Source: a virus
Reading direction: 5' to 3' (one strand)
Virus record (IMG/VR): IMGVR_UViG_3300047564_004575
Location: 1-64,000 of that record
Length of the DNA stretch: 64,000 bases
Shown: positions 57,235 to 64,000 of the stretch, piece after piece
Position numbering within the stretch: the first letter of the stretch is position 1
How the letters are laid out: each line of letters begins with the position of its first letter
Made by a program: the position numbers and the translations under genes
Notes under the pieces: model-generated
The model's database searches: none
Told to the model about the DNA's origin: nothing
The model's input: the letters and a program-made list of their open reading frames with translations, nothing else

Positions 57235-58187
57235 GCAACTGAAGAATAACACCGCATCAATAATACTTTTCCTGCAAAGTTTCCTACTGGCAAATACCAA
57301 GGACTGCCATTGTCAGGGAATACAGATCCTTGAATTTTAACTGGCTTAAGATAAGTGTAAGTGCCAACACCTAACAACATATTGGGTACACGTCCTATAA
57401 CTGGAAAACCTAAAGTAGAGTTATTGTCATAAACCCACATATCAGTTGCCCATTGACTGCCTGGGGTTTGTCCATCCGAGCATGATATAGTATAAGCTGC
57501 CCTACCTGTTTGCAATATTGCTTTTGCTGCCGAGGCTATGTAATGTTGGGACGACAATGTCAGACTTGCATTGCCTACATAACTCGTTGACAACAAAAAT
57601 GATCTTGTTATCGGCTCGCTATTGTAATAACTAAAGTTTGTATTGACGTTCAACAGTATTCCCGCGTAATTAAAATGCCACCAAATATTGCTTGTCCCTT
57701 TTTCTGCTTGAAAAAATATAATACCTAACGAGTTGTTAGTGCTAACACACGAAAATTCACACTCATATCTAGTGGCTGTAAAATTATTTACAGGATTATT
57801 AACGGTATTTGTAACAATCGCATTTGTTGAGCTGTCTGAATTTGTTCCTATGTACCCGCCATTGTTGTAAAGTCTACTGCCAGTTCCGGTGTTACCGGGA
57901 TTGGCAGCATTAAGCCCAAAATATCTAAAGATATAACGATCGTCAATTGTATCGCCTGTATTTGCCCCAAAAGTGAAGGCAAAATTATCAGAGGAATTCC
58001 ATAAGCTACCGGGAGGATTTCTATACCTAAGTCCAGAGTCAATAAGGTACTGGTTAAATTCGGAAGACATCGTAGATCTAGTTACACTAGATTTTAGGAA
58101 ATTGGTAGTTGGGTAATTGATGTCATGATTAGCCCAGATACAATCGCCAAGGTACTTGTTTCCTGCTTCATCTGTAATTGTTGGCAT
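57231..58187 (-). CDS. putative tail/receptor-binding protein
   Basis: N/S/T/Y-rich; last gene of the tail-tip operon. Confidence 0.5.
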   Translation of the reverse strand: MPTITDEAGNKYLGDCIWANHDINYPTTNFLKSSVTRSTMSSEFNQYLIDSGLRYRNPPGSLWNSSDNFAFTFGANTGDTIDDRYIFRYFGLNAANPGNTGTGSRLYNNGGYIGTNSDSSTNAIVTNTVNNPVNNFTATRYECEFSCVSTNNSLGIIFFQAEKGTSNIWWHFNYAGILLNVNTNFSYYNSEPITRSFLLSTSYVGNASLTLSSQHYIASAAKAILQTGRAAYTISCSDGQTPGSQWATDMWVYDNNSTLGFPVIGRVPNMLLGVGTYTYLKPVKIQGSVFPDNGSPWYLPVGNFAGKVLLMRCYSSVA

Positions 58188-58191
58188 ATAA

Positions 58192-58422
58192 TTAAGGTGG
58201 TGTTAAAAAACTGTAATCGGGAGTAGTTTGGGGACAGTAATTAGTAACAGTAAAAGATGGTGTGATTGTGAAAGTAATAGACTGATTTGGAGTAGCTTGA
58301 GGGCAGTAATTAGTAGCAGTAAAAGATGGTGTGATTGTGTAGTTAATTGTATAGTCTGGTATTGTTTGCGGACAATAGAATAGACCGGGGGGAATATCGT
58401 CATTAATAAAAAATAAAAACAT
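58192..58422 (-). CDS. small protein with 23-aa internal repeats
   Basis: YCPQ x3, TITPSFT.TN x2; TAATG coupling to the tail-tip gene. Confidence 0.6.
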   Translation of the reverse strand: MFLFFINDDIPPGLFYCPQTIPDYTINYTITPSFTATNYCPQATPNQSITFTITPSFTVTNYCPQTTPDYSFLTPP

Positions 58423-61400
58423 TAGGTTAACGGCAAAGTCGCCCCCAGTGTAAATTGTAATTTGTTGGGAGTAGACACCGCGCTAATAACCAACGTCACA
58501 TCTTGCCCCACCGATGCAACACTAGCCCCTGATGCCGTTGGATTTTGAGGGGTTGAATTAACATTTAGGTTTGTTAATCCTGTCACGTTTACGCCGTTAA
58601 TTTGGATGGATAGAGTGCAAGTGCCTGACGTTGTTTTTAACCCCCTTAATTCGTTGATTGTGGTGGTAGTTGTTGCGGTGAAAAGATAAATTGTGCTAAC
58701 CGTTGGAGTTGTTGAATTGTAAGATCCAAAAGTTTTAACGGTGGTGGGCTGTGTTGGTATGGTGGGGAATGTTTGTAAACTCCCATCCCCCCGCAAATAC
58801 TGGCTAGTTGTGCCTGTGGGGTTATTAAATTTACTATTTAATGCCGTTTGCAAATCAGTTTGATCAGCCAACGTCCCCCCAATATCTCCCCAGTCAACCG
58901 CTGAAGTGATAATCACAAAATCAGTTAACGATTGCCCTGTGCCGGTGGGGTTGGTAACGGTGACTTTTCCTGTTGTAGTTCCACTACCAATCGCCCCATT
59001 GATAACCCCATCAGAAACGACAGTAAAACTATCGACAGAAATGCCGTTAATTGCTGCGGTGGTAGCTGACGTAAAACCTGAACCATAAATCGTAATTTCA
59101 CGACCTATTCCCCCTTGTGTTGGGCTAAACCCCAACACAGTAGGAACGGGATTGCTAAGTATAGGAGATAAAACATCAGTAAAAACATAGCCCCGCCCAT
59201 ACTCCGTTGATAATTGGTATAAGTCGATATTAAGAGTTGACTGAGTAACACCAAAATCTATTACCTGTTCACTAGCTAAGTACTTAACTGTCGCCTCACT
59301 ACTAGACAATGTTCTAACAATATCAACGCCATCATAAATATCAATATCAAATGATTGGGGTGTTAACGATCCCGCCCCGGTATTATTAGCAGTCCAGTTA
59401 ATGGTTATATTGCCCGCGCTATCTTTGGTTGACGTTACATTGCTAACGGTATAGGGCTTAAAGTAAATGCCCTCTACAACATGAGAAACTACTGTAGTCA
59501 CCGACGCTAAATCAAGATTAGATGGCACTACTTTTAAATCAATAGTCTGTCCTACCGTATCGGCATTGATGGGCAATAACAATAATTCTCCAATCCCACC
59601 GTTAGCTAAATAAACTGATTCGCCATCGCTATGACTAACGGGAATTGTACCATTAACGCCCCTTTGTAAATAACTTAATTCGTAAGTATTGCCACTGACT
59701 AAATTGACATCTCTGGCGACTATTTGTTCCGAACCAATCAACAGGATAATTTCTTTATTGTCAAACTCATTCTGGGTTAATTGGTCTAGTGTCCCCTTGC
59801 TCAATACCACAGTGGCAGTATTAGTTATATCTAGTCCCGTAGCTAACGGTAAAGTACCCGATAAACTACCCTGAGTAGTGGGATTGATAACGGACACTAC
59901 AGGCTCATAATTCCCGCCATTAATACGAGCATAAATTACATTCTGTCCGAACCTATCGCCATCGCCACTAATAGCCGCATAAATGCAAGAAACATCGCCT
60001 ACACTAATCCGATTAGTCTCTACAACTTCAATGGTGACATTGCCATAATTAGGCTGTTCTGATTCGGGGTTATAGGTGTTGACGGTATAGTCAGGCTCTG
60101 CCAAGTAAATAATAGTTAAATCATCGCCTGTAGTGATGCTAGAACCACCGATAATCGTTATCTGTCCTGTTGATAGGTTAACGGTATAATCAACGCCTTG
60201 CACGTAGGTTGTAGCCCCGTCTGCACTTGTTACCGTGGGGGGGTTGATGATGTTAGGGGTTAACTGAATAACCCCGCCATTGTAGGCAACATTGGTCTGG
60301 CTGCTTACCCCTAATTGAGCAGTAAATACTTGTCCGTTAAACTCATAAACCTCAACCTCAGCGACTAGATTGCTGCCTACAACAATCGACGCGATTTGAA
60401 AGGGTATCGCACTTGTTCCCTCACTAAGAGGAAAACTATATCTAAAAGCTTCTGTTAATGTGACCGCATCTTCTGGCAATAAATTAATCGTGAATCGTCT
60501 AGCCTGTGCCCATGCAAATTCTAAATATTTCCACACCCACCATTTAGCTTCATCTGGCATTAAAAACAATGCTGAGCTAATACTCTTAGGATTGTAATGT
60601 TTTGCTAACGGATAAATTTTAGTCTCGTTATCACTGTTGAAATCATCACTCAGGTTAGTAAATGACAATGTAACTGACGATGGTAGTTCAGACTCATCAG
60701 GCATGATTTCAGAGTAAGGATCGCCCGGTTCACTCCCATATTCAACAGCTCCTAAATCGCCCCAACTGCCAGCGGTGACAGTTTGCACTTCACCTGGCCC
60801 ATTGAAAACAATTGCCCCGTCATCGTCTAAATAAGTCAGCAAGAAATGACGTTGAACTAACTCATTGATAAAGTCTGCTGCTGTTCCCCCATCCTGTTTA
60901 AAGATGGCATTTATCCGAGGGTACTGGTCTACGATATTGTCACATTTAATATCAACCCCACGGACTAATCCAACAGTTTCAGCGACTTCATAAATGACCT
61001 GATCAATCCGGTTACAGATGCCACTTTCCCGCTTAACAATAACGTCAATATTTGATGGTAATTCCCCGCCAAATTCGTCTAAGGGAAGGTCGGTTACAAC
61101 GGCATAAACGAGATGTCTAAAGTTGCGATCGCCGTTTTGATTGCCTTCGTAATTTTGAATAGTCGGGTCTATATTTTGGTTACTTGCTCCGGTATAGATT
61201 TTGATGTAATTCTCTAATTTGTAATCATTATCAGCGATGGTTCCATCTAACTGACCATCACGATTAAACCAAATCTTATCGTTAAACTTAATCTGTCTAA
61301 CATCTATTTCCGCCGCCCCATCACAGATAGCAAAGGCAAAAGTCCCAAAATATTTATAGGTTGTTGTTTGATTGGTGGTTGTTGAACTTTTAGCCCCAAT

Positions 61401-61676
61401 CCCAAATATCCCGCCTGTTCTAGTCGTTTGTGTATCTACACTAATCGTTACCTCTTCTCTACGTTGGGGAGCCCAAAAGATGGGACAACCTTGTATTTGT
61501 ACCCTGCCATAAACTTTAGAGAGAGTCCACCCCGCCCCCGTTTTACGTGTCGATACGTTTTCAAGTTTACCGACTACCTGTTCATTAAAAGTATTCTTTG
61601 TTGGGGTTAACGCCCCCGACAAAGCCGATGTGCCAATACTTACCGCCGCCCCAATTGCCGCTGTTGCCATAAACAA
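58422..61676 (-). CDS. tail tip/host-specificity (hub) protein with IPT/TIG domain
   Basis: KVYGRV...IFW, YTG..NQ..DP, FRHLVY.V..DLPL.EFG..LP, LQRG..GT, FSPTQG..G..ITIYGSGF. Confidence 0.82.
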   Translation of the reverse strand: MFMATAAIGAAVSIGTSALSGALTPTKNTFNEQVVGKLENVSTRKTGAGWTLSKVYGRVQIQGCPIFWAPQRREEVTISVDTQTTRTGGIFGIGAKSSTTTNQTTTYKYFGTFAFAICDGAAEIDVRQIKFNDKIWFNRDGQLDGTIADNDYKLENYIKIYTGASNQNIDPTIQNYEGNQNGDRNFRHLVYAVVTDLPLDEFGGELPSNIDVIVKRESGICNRIDQVIYEVAETVGLVRGVDIKCDNIVDQYPRINAIFKQDGGTAADFINELVQRHFLLTYLDDDGAIVFNGPGEVQTVTAGSWGDLGAVEYGSEPGDPYSEIMPDESELPSSVTLSFTNLSDDFNSDNETKIYPLAKHYNPKSISSALFLMPDEAKWWVWKYLEFAWAQARRFTINLLPEDAVTLTEAFRYSFPLSEGTSAIPFQIASIVVGSNLVAEVEVYEFNGQVFTAQLGVSSQTNVAYNGGVIQLTPNIINPPTVTSADGATTYVQGVDYTVNLSTGQITIIGGSSITTGDDLTIIYLAEPDYTVNTYNPESEQPNYGNVTIEVVETNRISVGDVSCIYAAISGDGDRFGQNVIYARINGGNYEPVVSVINPTTQGSLSGTLPLATGLDITNTATVVLSKGTLDQLTQNEFDNKEIILLIGSEQIVARDVNLVSGNTYELSYLQRGVNGTIPVSHSDGESVYLANGGIGELLLLPINADTVGQTIDLKVVPSNLDLASVTTVVSHVVEGIYFKPYTVSNVTSTKDSAGNITINWTANNTGAGSLTPQSFDIDIYDGVDIVRTLSSSEATVKYLASEQVIDFGVTQSTLNIDLYQLSTEYGRGYVFTDVLSPILSNPVPTVLGFSPTQGGIGREITIYGSGFTSATTAAINGISVDSFTVVSDGVINGAIGSGTTTGKVTVTNPTGTGQSLTDFVIITSAVDWGDIGGTLADQTDLQTALNSKFNNPTGTTSQYLRGDGSLQTFPTIPTQPTTVKTFGSYNSTTPTVSTIYLFTATTTTTINELRGLKTTSGTCTLSIQINGVNVTGLTNLNVNSTPQNPTASGASVASVGQDVTLVISAVSTPNKLQFTLGATLPLT

Positions 61677-61702
61677 AAACCCTCTTAAAATATATTTTAA
61701 AT

Positions 61703-62353
61703 TTGGTGATATTTATGATTGATTTTCAACTAAAAGACTGCATTGAAGGAATGTCTGAATATCCAGAAAATTACTTTAATTTAGCGATAGTTGATCCGCC
61801 ATACGGACTAGATAAAAAGCTAAAAGGGGGCAATACTGGATTTAGCGGGACTAGCTTAAATAATCTAGTAGAAAAGAAATGGGATGTCTTGCCAGATAAA
61901 AAATTCTTCGATGAACTTTTCAGGGTAAGCAAAAATCAAATTATATGGGGAGCCAATTATTTTATTGAATATCTTAGGAATACTCAGTGTGTTATTTATT
62001 GGGATAAAATGAATGGAACTAATTCATTGTCTGATTTTGAATTAGCATGGACTTCTTTTAATAGAGGCTCTAAAAGATTTTGTATGCACCATTTCTCTAA
62101 GGGATATGATAAAAAAATTCATCCCACTCAAAAGCCAGTCAATCTTTATAAATGGCTATTGTCTAATTTTGCAAAAAAAGGCGATTTAATATTAGATACT
62201 CACGTTGGAAGTGCTAGTAGTTTAATAGCCTGTAAAGACATGGGATTTGATTGTGTTGGTTTTGAAATAGACGAAGAATATTTTAGTATCGCAAATCAAA
62301 GACTAAAAGATTTTGAATCACAATTAAACTTATTTGATTTAATGGACAAGTAA
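61703..62353 (+). CDS. N6-adenine/N4-cytosine DNA methyltransferase
   Basis: DPPY, HPTQKP, ILDTHVGSAS, GFEID. Confidence 0.92.
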   Translation: MVIFMIDFQLKDCIEGMSEYPENYFNLAIVDPPYGLDKKLKGGNTGFSGTSLNNLVEKKWDVLPDKKFFDELFRVSKNQIIWGANYFIEYLRNTQCVIYWDKMNGTNSLSDFELAWTSFNRGSKRFCMHHFSKGYDKKIHPTQKPVNLYKWLLSNFAKKGDLILDTHVGSASSLIACKDMGFDCVGFEIDEEYFSIANQRLKDFESQLNLFDLMDK

Positions 62354-62387
62354 TTCCCGCCAATTGCAGACGGGATGATTGTTTTGA

Positions 62388-62693
62388 TTAATCTTGGTAA
62401 GCACCCAGGATAAGCTGATCTACTGCTGATTTAATAGCCGATGATTCGTCTTCTATTGCTTGCCAAATGCCTTTTTTCTTTAGCTTGTCAATATGCTTTT
62501 TAATTTTAGAAAAAAGTAGTTGACTGGTTTTGCGGCTGTCGGCATACAAAGGAATTTGTATGGTTAAGATTACGCTACCTAAGTCAATTTTGAAATCGTA
62601 ATCGTCTATTGACGTGGACAATGAAAAGTCAAAAACTGTATTCATGGTTGATTGTGTTACCCGCCCAATATAGAGCGGGTGATAGGTTTGCAA
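62388..62693 (-). CDS. hypothetical protein
   Basis: ORF in a minus-strand run. Confidence 0.45.
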   Translation of the reverse strand: MQTYHPLYIGRVTQSTMNTVFDFSLSTSIDDYDFKIDLGSVILTIQIPLYADSRKTSQLLFSKIKKHIDKLKKKGIWQAIEDESSAIKSAVDQLILGAYQD

Positions 62694-62706
62694 ATGTTTG
62701 ATTTAA

Positions 62707-63030
62707 CTAGCTAATACTTTTAAAATCAAATAAGTAATTGCCGTTAGGGTCTGTCAGCTTAGTAAATTCAACACCGCAATAAGCCTCTAGAACTTTGACA
62801 GGATTAAATGACGCATAGAACCAGTTACCAGCACCATCTTTGTGCATTTCAGAGCCTTTCAGTAAGATTCCTTTTTCAACCATTGAGGCAATTGTTTTAT
62901 CGGAAATCTTAAAGTCAATGTCACCGTCTTGATCCATCTCTAATTCATCGCCAGTGTTCCATTCAGACTTCCATTCTTGAATGATCCAATCAATCACGTT
63001 TTGTTCTGCCTTTGTCAGTTTAAGTTTCAT
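62707..63030 (-). CDS. hypothetical protein
   Basis: GAGG RBS, 107 aa. Confidence 0.6.
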   Translation of the reverse strand: MKLKLTKAEQNVIDWIIQEWKSEWNTGDELEMDQDGDIDFKISDKTIASMVEKGILLKGSEMHKDGAGNWFYASFNPVKVLEAYCGVEFTKLTDPNGNYLFDFKSIS

Positions 63031-63065
63031 AATTCCCTCAATAGTGATAATGATTTACAAGCAAC

Positions 63066-63602
63066 CTATGCGATGTAATAACTGTAGCTATCATAAACGC
63101 CATCACCACTCCAAAGTAAAGCCTGAATCATTTGGGATTTATTCATTGTTCCTTTTCTATAACCTGTTTTGTAGAACGGTAGGTTACTTTCTTTAAATAC
63201 CAGTTTCCGCCATTTGTTGTTTTGCATAAGTCCATCGATATTTCCTCTTACAAATTGCCATTTTTTACAAACTTGCCAATATTTTTCATCGCTTTCCCAT
63301 TTTGCATTTTCTATTTCTCGATTCATCATCTCCAATATTTCTGTCTTATTTAAAGGTACTTGGGAAACTTGCTGTTTGACCAGCGAAATATTTTCATATT
63401 TACAAAGTTGTGCTAAGCGTGAACGCTTCATCCGAGACAAGTTGAACTCAAGAATAGTGTATTGAGTTTGGTAGATAGCAGTAACCAAGTCACCGTGGAA
63501 TATAACATCGACGACGATATATCCCTTGGCGACGTTGTGAGCTTCTTTATTCCATTGCTCTTTAGTGACGGTAACTGCTTTAAAGTTGGCGTGAAATTTC
63601 AT
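63066..63602 (-). CDS. hypothetical protein
   Basis: GAGG RBS, downstream of the conserved promoter. Confidence 0.65.
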   Translation of the reverse strand: MKFHANFKAVTVTKEQWNKEAHNVAKGYIVVDVIFHGDLVTAIYQTQYTILEFNLSRMKRSRLAQLCKYENISLVKQQVSQVPLNKTEILEMMNREIENAKWESDEKYWQVCKKWQFVRGNIDGLMQNNKWRKLVFKESNLPFYKTGYRKGTMNKSQMIQALLWSGDGVYDSYSYYIA

Positions 63603-63615
63603 GACTGTTACCTCT

Positions 63616-63668
63616 GCTTGTTTGCTTAACTGATATACAGTTTAGCACGCTATTTAGTGACCTGTCAA
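63616..63668 (-). promoter_or_regulatory. conserved phage promoter with CAC-N9-GTG core
   Basis: TTGACA-18-TAAACT; GTCACTAAATAGCGTG; AAGCAAACAAGC. Confidence 0.7.
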
Positions 63669-63686
63669 CATAAAAAGTGAACTATT

Positions 63687-63757
63687 CCCGAAACCCTTAC
63701 TGTATATAGCTTTAAGCCACTGTTGCATATATCTAAGGATATCCAGGGTACTACAAC
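63687..63757 (+). repeat. dispersed intergenic element, copy 7
   Basis: Near-identical to copy 5 over about 100 bp including flanks. Confidence 0.85.
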
Positions 63758-63836
63758 ATTCGGGAAATGCTCAATAAAAAAGCCCCCGTAGGGGCGTAGC
63801 GTGAATAGCAAGACAAAACAATGGCGTAAGAATATC

Positions 63837-64000
63837 TTAAGCAGGGATGGGTAGACCAGCGAGTTTACAGCTAGCGGCGATCGCCAATTTGACACTGGCA
63901 GATTCTGCACTGTAGATAGTGGTTTTGAGATAGGGGGCTTGAAATTCGAGCGTTACAGACGGACGACGGATTTCATTGATAGGATTAGCATCGGCAGTTA
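63837..64000 (-). CDS. 3' end of a gene running in from outside the window (possibly tail tube)
   Basis: Open frame ...TADANPINEIRRPSVTLEFQAPY...GLPIPA*; function speculative. Confidence 0.45.
   Translation of the reverse strand, partial: TADANPINEIRRPSVTLEFQAPYLKTTIYSAESASVKLAIAASCKLAGLPIPA

Larger units (their letters stand above)
1..64000. mobile_element. Temperate cyanophage genome segment (siphovirus-like)
   Basis: Terminase, portal, tape measure, tail tip, G/GT chaperone, integrase and antirepressors; cyanobacterial markers (HIP1, nblA); no host housekeeping operons. Confidence 0.93.

Noticed and set aside
57231-61676. Diversity-generating retroelement acting on tail genes
   Set aside because: No reverse transcriptase and no TR/VR pair differing only at adenines was seen

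Overview
The whole window reads as part of a large temperate, long-tailed cyanophage genome, probably in its excised (attP-intact) form. HIP1 octamers (GCGATCGC) are abundant. It carries terL, portal, a 3736-aa tape measure protein, distal-tail and tail-tip genes, a G/GT chaperone with a -1 frameshift, a tyrosine integrase, a primase-type Rep, an SF2 helicase, dnaN, thyX, dcd, phoH, nblA, rlpA, a sigma-like factor, two DNA methyltransferases and about seven antirepressor-type genes. No major capsid gene is recognisable in the window. The standout locus is 27255-29255 on the minus strand: a sigma70 promoter, a solitary RAMP/Cas7-like gene, and a non-coding array of six tracts of 5-nt units (constant GUY plus variable NN in RNA sense). 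Five of the six tracts end in a GC-rich hairpin, and the units are separated by three covarying mini-tRNA folds and one real tRNA-Cys; a 153-aa gene follows. This looks like a phage-encoded RNA-guided system with non-CRISPR guides processed by host tRNA-maturation enzymes. Other signals: a 7-copy ~72-bp intergenic element always upstream of a gene start, a tRNA-like RNA with a ~70-nt insertion, a candidate attP carrying a purM-like 5' end, and domain-shuffled antirepressor cassettes. All protein calls come from motif recognition by eye; no searches were run.
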